Source: Octopus vulgaris (Eukaryota). Taken from it: a stretch of 64,000 nucleotides of DNA. The translations under genes and the position numbers were made by a program. The stretch covers positions 19,778,001 to 19,842,000 of the forward strand of contig OX597825.1 in assembly GCA_951406725.2 (NCBI GenBank), read 5' to 3'. The notes beneath the pieces are model-generated. The model did no database searches. It was not told the origin of the DNA and saw only the letters and a program-made list of their open reading frames with translations. Positions 40,289 through 52,599 of the stretch are shown here, in pieces; position 1 is the first letter of the stretch; each line of letters opens with the position of its first letter.

Positions 40289-40350
40289 TATATATGTATG
40301 TATTTATGTATGTATGCATGCATGTATGTATGTATGTTCGTATGTATACG
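39590..40350. repeat. Compound microsatellite with a minisatellite unit repeated three times
   Basis: atatgtaaatagacatatgtagatatatatgtaa(a/g)tatgtt three times within about 39718-39908. Confidence 0.9.
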
Positions 40351-41403
40351 AAAATCTATTTGGAAACTTCAAATATTACACTAAGACATTTCATTTCTTT
40401 AAAAGCATGTCAATTGACTTCTATGAAAAGCAGAAGATATAGAAAAGCTATAAATCAACGCTATACGAAAGATTAAATCAAAGCAAAATATATCTAGTAA
40501 AGTAGGAATTTTGTTTTAGAATATAAAAATGTAATATATTGTAATGTTTCTCATACTGCAACACTCAGATAGTCATTCGATACCCTGTGGATATGTGTAT
40601 GTAGTTTGATGTATACAAACACATCTCTGGAAAGGATCTGAGAGTGAAATAGTTATAATATATTTTATTAAACTAATGGAAATATTTTACATTCTCTATG
40701 AAGTGATGTGTTTCCCTTTATATCACGGGACATATTTTGAAAATATAATGACACCTGAATACTTAATACTGTGACATTGTTTACAACATATCATAAATCA
40801 TACACATTCACATTCAAGTACTCTATTACCTCTATATTGTGAATATCTATCATTACACTTCAGCTGAAGCTCGTGATTTATAAGCAAAACATTATAAAGA
40901 AATATGTATAGCAGGTAAAATCGCAGCGAACGGTGACAACCACGCGGGTTCAAGTCATTGGCGCAGATAATACATATTTTATAGACCACTAGGGAAACAT
41001 TAATTTAAAAGAAATTGGGAACTGCAAAATTGTTAATGTGTATGTCAAGATACATTCTGATAGTTGTCCCAGCTTTCTATGTTTGTATTCAAATTCCGCA
41101 GAGTCTACCATTTCGTTATTTCGATATCTGTATAAAATCGAACCAGTCCTCAGCAGTGGACTGGAATAAATTTTGACAGGATCAGATACAATGATTAGAG
41201 ATACGTGTTCCTGTTATCTGAGTTCTATATTCTTGTGAGAAGACTTAATGTCACTCGATTTAAGAGTTCCATTTTCTTCTTGGCTGCTTTTAACTTAGCT
41301 TAAGCTCCTGTATGCATTCAGAACAAGAATTGTGTCTGCAGATAACGTTTCCTATTCATTACCAGTATTGGGCCATGGAGACAGTATATATCGGTGTCGT
41401 ATA

Positions 41404-41618
41404 AAGGCGAGGAGCTGGCAGAAACATTAGCACGCCGGGCGAAGTGCTTAACAGTATTTCGTCTGCCGTTACGTTCAGAGTTCAAATTCCGCCGAGATCA
41501 ACTTTGCCTTTCATCCTTTCGGGATCGGTAGATTAAGTACCAGTTATGCACTGGGGTCGATGTAATCGACTTAATCCGTTTGTCTGTCCTTGTTTGTTCC
41601 CCATAACGTAAAGAAATA
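41404..41618 (+). mobile_element. SINE family A with ~17-bp TSD
   Basis: agtatatatcgg(t/c)g(t/c)cg at 41383-41399 and 41619-41635. Confidence 0.9.
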
Positions 41619-41643
41619 AGTATATATCGGCGCCGCGGCTCTT

Positions 41644-41674
<31 letters not shown>

Positions 41675-42830
41675 CATCTATCAACTATCTATCTATCTAT
41701 CTACATCCCTCCCTCTCTCTCTCTCTCCCTCTCCTAAAGACGAAGATGGTTACATTGAATTTATGTAGATAAAAAAAAACCTTTCGCACAACAAAATTCT
41801 TACTCACTGTTCCTTTTGTTATGAGCCAAAGATGGAGACTCGATGCGGCAATGTCCCATGCTAGATATAATAGTCACATCTTCCTGAAATCACATACCCG
41901 CTTCTGAAAGAAGGAAAACACACTGAGGAATCTTTTCGTAGACACACTGTATTAGTTAAAAAAAAAGTCATAGCTGGAATGATTTGGATCTTAAGTCTCT
42001 CAAACTAGGGAAGATTCTTATTTATAAATGACAACGAATATGACATTTTTCATCATTACACTCATTCTTTTTCAATTTTTTTCTTATAAAGACATAAAAA
42101 TTTATATTATTTTATAAAAGAAAAGGTGAACTCTTTTGGAATTTCCCAATAGTATTTAGTAGTTTGCAGCAATAAATTTTTTTCTAAAACATGATACGCA
42201 ACACTTCTAATATGATAAATATAACTGGAACACTATTAAAGAATATTATTTCTGTGACTGTTATTAACATATCATTAGATATCCGCATCGGTGTTGAGGG
42301 AATTACCTTAAAATGCTGTGAAAATTTCTTTTTTCTATAAATATTTTGTTTCCATTTTACTTCATAACAAATTGTAAATAAAATTTACGGAGTCTCTCTC
42401 TTTGTTCCCCCGACTCACACATACACACACACAAACACACACACATACTCTCTATATCTTTCTCTCTATCCCTCCGTCTTTATGTCTCTCTGTTTCAAGA
42501 TTATGTATAATTTTAAGGCACATTTACTGCTATCCGCATCACAATTATTATTTTCTAGTTAGCTCTCCGAGAAAGAACTTATTTTTTATTCTTAATACTC
42601 TTCAGCAGTTCAAATTCGTTTATTCTTATATTGATATAATACTTTTGTGTATTAATTCCTGTGTTTGATTTATTGAATTCGTTCGAAACTATGTGAATTT
42701 AATTTTAAATTGTCCACGCGAATATAAGTAATGCAAAAACATATTATCTCTCTTCTAGCACACTTTTATATGCACACACCCACGCGCACATACGTACGTA
42801 CATACATACATAAATACATACATACATGCA

Positions 42831-42869
<39 letters not shown>

Positions 42870-42871
<2 letters not shown>

Positions 42872-43760
42872 CGAGGCCTGATCAAAAAGTATCAGAAGTA
42901 ATGTCATATCAACGCATATCAATTCAGCACTTAATATCCTTCTACAGCCACATACATTATCCTAGGTCATCTCCATCGATGGAAGCATTCCTGAAACCCC
43001 TTTTTGGTAGACAATGAGAAGGCACAACGTCGCATTCTCTAGGACAACCTCGAGGTTTCGAAATCTTATTGGCGTCTTCCATCGCGAAGACTGAGCCTTG
43101 GTCTCCGGGCCATAACTGGGAGACACCCTTCGGTCATGAATGACCATGGGATTGCACCTAGAAAGGTATCTTCCGAGGTACAAGTCCGGGCAAGGTTGTT
43201 TTTAAGGAAGGCCAGCAGTCGCCCATGCATACCAGCCTCCACTCTCCACACCACTGATGTTATCGAAGGGAAAGGTAAAGGCTGATACAGCTTGCACTAA
43301 TGATGTCGCAACTCATTTCTATAGATTGAGTTAACTGAAGCAACGTGAAGTAAAGTGTCTTGCTCAAGAACACACCACACAGTCTGGTCCGGGAATCGAA
43401 CTCAGACCCTCACGATCGTAAGCTCGACGCTCTAACTACTGAGCCATGCGCCTTCACATGGTCTGCGGACCATAACTATAGACCCTCCATTGTTATGACT
43501 GTTTATCACAAAGTTGCTGTCTTCTTTGACAAAATCAAGGAGATCCTGTTCAGCTGAAGAGTAATGTTTTCGAAACGACCATACTCTATACACTTTACTT
43601 CCAAGCACTGCTATAAACAAGGCGAGTGCAGGAAAACGATGTAACTTAGTGTGCATGCGGAACAGAATTCACTATTATTCTGTACTAAACGGCTTTTCTA
43701 TGCGTAATTTTGCTCCTTTGCCATAGTAATAGGTAGGATAATTTTTGGTCAGAACTCTTA
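42870..43760 (-). mobile_element. Internally deleted mariner element interrupted by a SINE
   Basis: TIRs tacgaggcctgatcaaaaagtatc and gataatttttggtcagaactctta. Minus strand reads DLLDFVKEDSNF and SYGPETKAQSSRWKTP (mariner YDPETKxQSxxW motif). Confidence 0.8.
43118..43458 (-). mobile_element. SINE family C with 19-bp TSD
   Basis: tggtct(c/g)cgg(g/a)ccataact at 43099-43117 and 43459-43477. Confidence 0.9.
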
Positions 43761-44149
43761 AATCTCAAGAGTTCCTATGGTTGTGTACAAGTAAATATAC
43801 GACAGATGTATCATCACGTGATTTCGTGTCCACGTGATCGAGAAGACTACCAGATATACATCGCTGGTCACACTGAGCTTTGCATCATTTTAGCTTTGGA
43901 ATGAATGCTGTCTTATTAGCTAAGGGAACAGGCTAACATTCCATCTCATCGGAAGCCTAATCTATGGCCGGGGCACCAATTTACGCCTCCATGGACTGTA
44001 GCAACATAAAATGGAGTGTTTTATTCAAAACCACAACGTGGAGCGGGGCTGGAAATCATAACCATGATCTAGTGATCATTAGTTCAACACAGCTAAAGCT
44101 GTAAAAAATTAAATGAAACGTATATATCAAGCTATATCGGAACTTCATC

Positions 44150-44184
<35 letters not shown>

Positions 44185-44219
44185 CTACTCACACACGCAT
44201 ACCACACACATACGCATAT

Positions 44220-44262
<43 letters not shown>

Positions 44263-44461
44263 CATACATATATATATATATACATATACATACATATATA
44301 TATATATACATATATATACATATACATACATATAAATATATATACATACATATATATATATACATACATATATATATACATACATATATACATACATACA
44401 TATACATATATACACCTACATATACATATATATACATACATATATATATACACATATATAT

Positions 44462-44519
<58 letters not shown>

Positions 44520-44520
44520 G
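44150..44520. repeat. (TA)n/(TACA)n compound microsatellite
   Basis: Direct inspection. Confidence 0.95.
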
Positions 44521-45099
44521 TATAGCGTAAATGTATTCGTGAATAGTAAGAAAAATGTATGCAAAAGATTGTGCAATTTTTCTTCTTTGTTATTTTTCTT
44601 CTTCTTTTTTTTGCTGTTGTTGTTGTTTGTAAATACGTGCACAGTTTCCCCTGCAGTTATCAAATATTGCGTCAGAAGTATTTTAAAATTCTGTTCATGA
44701 CATTGTTAAACGTATTACATTTTGAAAGTGAAAGTGCATCAAAAATAATTGTTCATGTCGGAAAATTGTTCAATGTTTTATGCAAAGATCCTCTTCCGAT
44801 TATATAAATGAATGAAAACACAGTTGTTTTTTTATTCTTTATATTTTGTTGCACTTATTTGAAGATTGCTGAATCTCATTACTAACATCAAAATCAATTA
44901 TATATTTATAGTGCCAATCGATAAATTTCCAAATTCATTTAAATTTCAAATATATTACATTGAATCGAGCTTAAACGCACACTGTTTAATGTTCATTTAG
45001 ATCTATTTATTTATACCTGATTTTTCGCAAATAATTTTTAACACGTTGTAAGAAAGACATTTTCAGATGTGTAATGGAGATGTTATGGATGGTCATTTT

Positions 45100-45525
45100 T
45101 AGGCGCAGGAGTGGCTGTGTGGTAAGTAGTTTGCTAACCAACCACATGGTTCCGGGTTCAGTCCCACTGCGTGGCATCTTGGGCAAGTGTCTTCTGCTAT
45201 AGCCCCGGGCCGACCAATGCCTTGAGAGTGGATTTGGTAGACGGAAACTGAAAGAAGCCTGTCGTATATATGTATATATATGTGTGTGTGTGTATGTGTG
45301 TGTGTTTGTGTATGTGTGTTTGTCCCCCTAGCATTGCTTGACAACCGATGCTGGTGTGTTTACGTCCCCGTCACTTAGCGGTTCGGCAAAAGAGACCGAT
45401 AAAATAAGTACTGGGCTTACAAAGAATAAGTCCCGGGGTCGATTTGCTCGACTAAAGGCGGTGCTCCAGCATGGCCGCAGTCAAATGACTGAAACAAGTA
45501 AAAGAGTAAGAGAGTAAAGAGAGAG
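45100..45525 (+). mobile_element. SINE family B, young full-length copy
   Basis: Complete head, internal microsatellite, tail ending in (aagagta)-like repeats. Confidence 0.95.
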
Positions 45526-45761
45526 TACCGGTAAATTAATTCTTATTTAATTGTATTTGATGTAATAATGTAGCACAATTTTGAGCACAATGATAATGAA
45601 AGGCTATCCAACACTGCTCTTCTTTTGGACACTTTTTTATATATGCTATATTATCAATATATTTGTCTAAATTTGAAACCGCAGGGTGGATTTGTGCAAA
45701 ATTTGGCAGGAACTTCTAGGCAGAAAAGAAACTATCATCGTTGGAGAACATTACTTGGATA

Positions 45762-46161
45762 CTCTTTTACTTGTTTCAGTAATTTGACTGTGGCCATGCT
45801 GGAGCACCGCCTTTAGTCGAGCAACTCGACCCCGGGACTTATTCTTTTGTAAGCCCAGTACTTATTCTATCGGTCTCTTTTGCCGAACCGCTAGGTAACG
45901 GGGACATAAACACACCAGCATCGGTTGTCAAGCAATGCTAGGGGGACAAACACAGACACACAGACACACACATGCATATATATATATACATATATACATA
46001 TATACGACGGGCTTCTTTCAGTTTCCATCTACTAAATCCACTCACAAGGCTTTTGTCGGCCCGAGGCTATAGTAGAAGACACTTGCCCAAGGTGCCACGC
46101 AGTGGGACTGAACCCGGAACCATGTGGTTGGTTAGCAAGCTACTTACCACACAGCCACTCC
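45762..46161 (-). mobile_element. SINE family B flanked by a 110-bp direct repeat
   Basis: Flanks 45652-45761 and 46162-46271 differ at 4 positions. Confidence 0.95.
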
Positions 46162-47094
46162 TATCAATGTATTTGTCTAAATTTGAAACCGCAGGGTGGA
46201 TTTGTGCAATATTTGGCAGGAACATCTAGGCAGAAAAGAAACTAACATCGTTGGAGAACATTACTTGGATAGGACACGATTTGTTACAATTGGGAAACGA
46301 AATTGGCAAATTGGATTCAAATATTGGAAATATTTCAATATATTTTGATTGTGACAGATATAGTCTTTTGTGAGAGGTTAGAGAGTTTTACCTGTATGAG
46401 CACGCACATTCGTGTTTGTGTGTGTTTTTGTACATGTCTGTGTGACACTGTGTGCAAATATGTGTCTCTACGTGTGAGCGATATATTGTTATAATTTAAT
46501 ATTAGAATCGGATTTTGTTTCAAAAAACATGGAAGAGGTATGATGGCCCTTTGTGCATGATATTGCCGTTATGAAACGACACGGGGGTTGTTTGTGTCTC
46601 CACAGATAACTCATTTTCTAATCTTCTTTAATAAAGTGGTTCCATGTAAAAAAAAAAATTAAAAAAAGAAGTATAAAAGTTGTGTGCAATATTATTTCGA
46701 AACAGTCCAAAAGAACTTGAATCAAGGAATTGGAAATAATGGATCAAAAACCAGCACTGATTAGATATGATCAGCAAGCGATTAATGAGATAAACCACAA
46801 TGGAACGATAACGTGACATCTAACAAATGTTCAGCTAATGGCTTTTCTATTCCTCTCAGAAGAGCGTAATCATCTAATTATTTTTATCTTACAATAGAGT
46901 CGTGTAAAGAGTTTCAGATTGTATCAAAACGTGATGATCGTGACAAATTCGAGTTGGAAGGGTGAATCCGTCGTATCATAAATTTGTTTCGTCCTCAACT
47001 TAAAAATATATATGAGATTTAATCAAAGGTAAACATCCACAACAGGACACATTCAGATAATACCCCGAAGTGAATACATATGTGCAGGTTGGTA

Positions 47095-47229
47095 TGTATT
47101 GATATGTATATATATATGTGTGTGTGAGTATATATATATATATACATAAATTTATATATATATATATATATATGCGTGTATGTATGTGTATACATTATAT
47201 ATATATATATGTGTGTGTGTATGCATATG

Positions 47230-47261
<32 letters not shown>

Positions 47262-47411
47262 CATATATATATGTATGTGTATATATGCATATATATATAT
47301 ATATATGTATGTGTATATATGCATATATATATATACATACATATACATATACATACATATATATATATATATACATATATATATACACACACATACAATA
47401 TATATATATAT

Positions 47412-47470
<59 letters not shown>
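47095..47470. repeat. (TA)n-rich compound microsatellite
   Basis: Direct inspection. Confidence 0.95.
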
Positions 47471-47473
<3 letters not shown>

Positions 47474-48113
47474 CACTCTTCATGCAATTCCGCATGCGAC
47501 AAACAAGTGACCGAATTTAAAGATTTAAACATGTATCTAGTAAAATCTATGTAGCCGTCGAATTATTCAGTTTTTACCATTTAGCTATAGTCAGGCAATA
47601 AAATACACTTGAAACGCATATACACATAATATGGATGACTTCTTGCATTCCTAATATCAGTTACCTTTACCAATTGTTTACAATAACCAATGCAATATCC
47701 TACTCAAATACTTATAATTTATCATAGAAGTTAAAAGACCTAGAAATTCTCCCTTTTGATAATTTTTTAATTCGGTCGACATAAAAATTTTCCATATATG
47801 TTACTTGTGCGGCTTCGTATGTAAACGGTATTAGCTGCTCAAACCAGAAACTACAACAAATCAGTTCCTTCCGGAGAAATAAACTCATAATTCCCCTATC
47901 AAACGCTTTAAAACATTTTGTAATTACAACTCTTTAACGATTTGTCTTTTACATGCTTCAATCATTAGTCTGCGGCGATGCTGTGGAACTTCTTTTCAGA
48001 ACATTCAGTCTGATGAATCAAGCCCATCTCTTTTTTTTTAAACCTGGTAATGTTTCTATCTGTCTATTTTGCCGAAATGTTATGGACACGTAATCACACC
48101 AGCATCATCTGTC

Positions 48114-49280
48114 ATATATGTCTTGCAAACAACTTGCACATGCAAGTGCTACCAGTCAAAAGCTCCGTATACCGGAAGCCAGCAAATGTATGGGGTCATC
48201 AGGAGAGAATGCGCGCCGTTTCGGGGCCTACCTCTCGACGGCATCAATGCGCACCGGCCCCCCTCACTGATATGACGCCCCGCTTGCTAGATCAGCTAGT
48301 TATAAAGTTAAACTCAATATCCTTCTAGCCATCGCTCATCGTCTCTTTTTTTACCAAATCCAGTGGCTAGCCTTCTCCACTGTAGATTTGATATCAGTCA
48401 TGGTGGTATTGACTTTACGATTAGTTAGGCCTAGCGATAACAACAGTCGTCTCACGCTGTGTCCAACAAACCCTCTACATCCGACTTCGATAGGAAAATG
48501 TTCCGCTTTCCAGCCTGCGTTTTCACATTCCTCGAGGAGGTTTACATAACGGTTCAATTTTCGAGCCCGAGCGGCGTCCATATTATCTTCATGAGGAACC
48601 GTTAGCTCGACTATATTTACAATTTTCTTTCTTTCACATTACATCAAAATATCTGGTTTTTTCGTAACTGGGATGGGAAAGAAAACCTGGCACCCAGGTA
48701 AATCTGCAGTTACCTCCCAATAGGCGTTCCACTTTTCATTTCTCTCAGGAAGTTTCTTGATCTTCTACTTGAAACGGTTCCGCTGACCTGGTCGCACGAA
48801 GGTAATGAAATCTCTTGATGGTACTTTCAACGGTTTTTCCTCAGTTTTGTTGAGATGAATTTGGTTCTTTATAGCATTGAAGTTAACCTTAAGGACCAAG
48901 TTGTGCCTCCATGTATACCTGTTCAATGCTAATGAACAGTTGGAAAGAATATGTTTTAGTGTACCGACCTTTCCACATTTGCAGATGTCATTCTCTGAGA
49001 CGTTCCATCTTACTAGATTCGTAGGTGATGGCAAAACATCATAAGATGAACGAATCAGGAAACTCAGCCGAGATGTCGTCCACTTCCACATCTCATCCCA
49101 ACTTATTTTCCTCTCAACAACATGTTCTTCCCATCTCGTCATCTGACCTTGATGAACACATCGGATCAAATGAAGCTCTCTTCTCTCTGCTTCTCTTGTT
49201 TTGACGCTGTTGCTAACAACAGATCTGCGTTCAGTCCGCATCATGCTTACAAACGGTCTGAACTGATCCGCGCCAAAACC
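48114..49280 (-). mobile_element. 5'-truncated RLE-type non-LTR retrotransposon, Hero-like clade
   Basis: SFLIRSSYDVLPSPTNLVRW, CKCGKVGTLKHILSNC (zinc finger), RYTWRHN, KKPDIL*..IVELTVPHEDN..ARARKLNRY..L..CE.AGW...FPIEVGCRGF (PD..E.K restriction-like endonuclease). Several stops. Structured GC-rich 3' UTR. Confidence 0.85.
48176..48290 (-). ncRNA. Candidate rearranged (non-circularly permuted) hammerhead ribozyme in the LINE 3' UTR
   Basis: gccGUC gagagg ua ggcccc GAAACggc gcgcau ucucuc CUGAUGA, with an upstream ggggcc. All three stems and the full core are present but in non-canonical order. Confidence 0.6.
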
Positions 49281-49336
49281 AATATATATATATATGTATG
49301 TATGTATGCATGTATGTATGCATGTATGTATGCATG

Positions 49337-49696
49337 TTTACTCTTTTACTTGTTTCAGTTATGTGACTGTGGCCATGCTGGAGCACCGCCTTTAGTCAAG
49401 CAAATCGACCCCAGGACTTATTCTTTGTAAGCCTAGTACTTATTCTAAGTTACGGGGACGTAAACACACCAGCATCGGTTGTCAAGCGATGTTGGGGGAT
49501 AAACACAGACACAAAAACATATAAACACACGCACACACATATATACGAAGGGCTTCTTTCAGTTTTCGTCTACCAAATCCACTCACAAAGGCTTTGGTCG
49601 GCCCGAGGCTATTGTAGAAATTACTTGCCTTAGGTTCCACGAAGTGGGACTGAACGCGGAACCATGTGGTTCGTAAGCAAGCTACTTACCACACAA
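49337..49696 (-). mobile_element. SINE family B
   Basis: Reverse complement of the family B tail, body and head. Confidence 0.9.
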
Positions 49697-50097
49697 CATA
49701 TATTATTATTGCTATTTATTATTATTATTGTTATTATTATTATTATTATTACCGTTATTCATAGCAATAAGGAGGTTGTTAACTAGTTCACACCATTACA
49801 GGCACAATATAAGATAAATTAATATTCAATAGGGTAAATAATACCACTTGCTAAAATCACAGACAATGCCCCAAAAACCACCATAAAAACACGATAAAGA
49901 TACATATGAGCAATGCAATGAACATATGAGAAATAGGTTTACCTTTGCGTTGAATACATCAGTAAGTAATATATGTTTCAATACAAATTCATTTCACACA
50001 TTGCATCAAAAACTTACTCTCCTATCTTCAGCTGAAAATAATATTTTAGCATCAATTTCTAAAATATTCACCACGTTAACTCGTATATATAGATATA

Positions 50098-50885
50098 CAC
50101 GAAGGGTTTCTTTCAGCTTCCATCAGTCAAATCTACACACAAGGCTTTGGCTCGCCTGAGGATGTAGTAGAAAACACTTGCCCAATGTGCCACGCAGTGG
50201 AATTGAATCCGGAATCACATGGTTGGGAAGTAAATTTCTTACCACACAGCCATGCCTACGTGACTTTTCTTAGAAGCAAAAAATATCTTCAATCTATTTC
50301 TCTTCATTCATTTTGCTTTATTTTAATTATATCAAGACAAGGCTTCTGTCAATGTACACTCTGTAGAAAAAATCTCTAATGTTTCATCTTAACATTTACC
50401 TTTAGTACATTACAGCACTCAATTATATTTTCTATTATCGCGAATAGTTTTTCTAGATATATATATTCGAATAAATTATATGTGTAAAAAATAGCAAACA
50501 CCTAAAGCATTTAACTTAATTACATATTTAATTTCCCTGAACGCAGGCTTGGCTGTGTGGTAAGAAGCTTGCTTCACAACCACATGCTGCCAGGTTCAGT
50601 TCCACCGTCTGAAACCATGGTCAGGTGTCTTCTACTATAGTCACGGGCCTACTAAAGCCTTGTGAGTGGATTTGGTAGACGGAAAATGAAAGAAGCCCAT
50701 CGTATATACGCATATATGTGTGTGTGTGCGTGTGCGTGTCTGTGTATGCGTGCGTGACTGTGTTTGTCCCACCTCCACCGCTTGGTTTAACAAAAAAAAT
50801 TAAGTACCGGGATTGATTCAGTCAATTAAAATGTTCAATATGATGCCCCAGCATGACCGCCGCCTTATGACTGAAACATGTAAAT
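50098..50885. mobile_element. Family B SINE 5' half (minus, 50098-50260) and diverged full copy (plus, 50540-50885)
   Basis: cttaccacacagccatgcct and gcaggcttggctgtgtggtaagaag...gccccagcatgaccgc. Confidence 0.85.
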
Positions 50886-51265
50886 GATAAACGCTATATA
50901 ATTCGGCGAAGATTTATTGTATACTCGTTTTCGTATACAATATAGTTATTTAAGCTCAAGTTTATCGCTGGCACAGCTAGGTCCTTTTCTTTACTGAATA
51001 TGGATTTAAAATATTTACTAAGAAAAGATAAATATTGAAAACTTAAAATTCTGTTTTTAGATTCGTTTAGATCGTTATTTTTTAAACTACGCAAACGACT
51101 TTGTCTTACAATACTTGCAGAAAACATTATCCCTTCCTTTACGAATATTTTAGCGCTTTCAGTTTCTATGAAATTATTTGAAAATCTCGTAAGCTGTTAA
51201 CAAGAGAAGAGATGTTTGTAATTTCAGTTATAACATAAACAGATTTGTAATATCCTCTTGTGTAT

Positions 51266-51480
51266 AAGGCGGCGAGCTGGCAGGATCGTTAGCACACTGG
51301 GTAAAGTGCTTAACAGCATTTCGTGCGTTTTTACTTTCTAAATTCAAATTCAGCCGAGACCGATCTTGCCTTTCATCCTTCGTGATCGATAAAATAAGTT
51401 CAACTTGAATACTGTGTTCGACAAAATCGACTATCTTCCTCTCCTCCTAAACTGCTGGCGTTGTGCCAAAATTGGCAGCC
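51266..51480 (+). mobile_element. SINE family A, diverged
   Basis: aaggcggcgagctggcaggatcgttagcac...gcctttcatccttcgtgatcgataaaataag. Confidence 0.85.
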
Positions 51481-51657
51481 AACTTGTATTATATTGTATT
51501 GTTAATTAGTATTAAATTCTTTATTTCATTATTTGTTACGGCTGTCTGTATGTGTCCGTGCTGAATTTGTGCTCACAAATATTATTCTACAATCTTATAT
51601 TGATATTCCTGCGTTTGTGTGTTTGGGTATTGCTCTGTGTATAAACAAATTATCTAG

Positions 51658-51726
<69 letters not shown>

Positions 51727-52509
51727 ATATTGGGAGAAGCGTTATGTGAAATTCTCGTAGTTTGTTCCTTGTGTTGAAATGCATACAGTGTATTTGCACC
51801 CGTGTGATTGTGTACATTTGTTTATATATATATCTGTGTGTGTATATGTATGTATATATATGCGTGTATTTGTGTGTGTGTGTGAGAGCGTACACACCTC
51901 TGTGTCAGTATGAGTGGATATATATCAGTAAATACGAATGTCTACCTTTATATATATATTTATACAAAATCCGTGTAGCTTTGTATAGAACTTAATGTCA
52001 CTAAACGATAAGATAATTCTGACTAAAGATCATCATAAATAATTTATATCTTATAAATATTTCTCAAGAAAAAAAAATGTATTCTCTACATCACACAATT
52101 TTATAACACAATAGAGCACAGGTTAGAGAGAGCCATACATCAACCTGTTCTAAAACTATCTTTTCTGAATAGATAGTGCTTTAAACTGACAACATAACTA
52201 TTTCTGAATCTGATAGATAACTCTCCCAAGCTGTTATATATATATAAAAAATAATAGCTTTTCTAGCGTGCAAAATTAAGTGGAACCTGTGCAAAAGTTT
52301 TTGAAATTTATTTCTTATTTTATATATATATATATATTTACCTTCTAAAAAAATGGTGAAAAACTACACTTCTATAATTCTTTGTTTGGTGCAGGCAGTC
52401 GGTTAGAAATTTCTAAACTTAAAAGATAAAAGAAAAAAAAAACGTTTGCTCTATATTTAATATTGTTATGAAATAAAATGTTGCAAAAGTGCAAAATACT
52501 CTTGCTTAC

Positions 52510-52599
52510 CTGGATATTATTTTTGCATTCCGGAGACAGACTGCCTGTCTAGAGTGATGCAATCACGGTAGGGCTGATTCGTATTCCCCCAAAATGGAT
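52510..52599 (-). other. Possible 90-bp spliced exon, coding status unsupported
   Basis: Acceptor ttttatttgtcaattttAG and donor CAG/GTAAGC bracket a GC-richer 90-bp island. All three frames contain a stop. Confidence 0.3.

Noticed and set aside
44113-44700. Long ORFs rich in Y/I/H/T/C/V (also near 1.8, 11, 18.5, 24, 28.5, 40, 47 and 61 kb)
   Set aside because: These are stop-free translations of (TA)n/(CA)n microsatellites.
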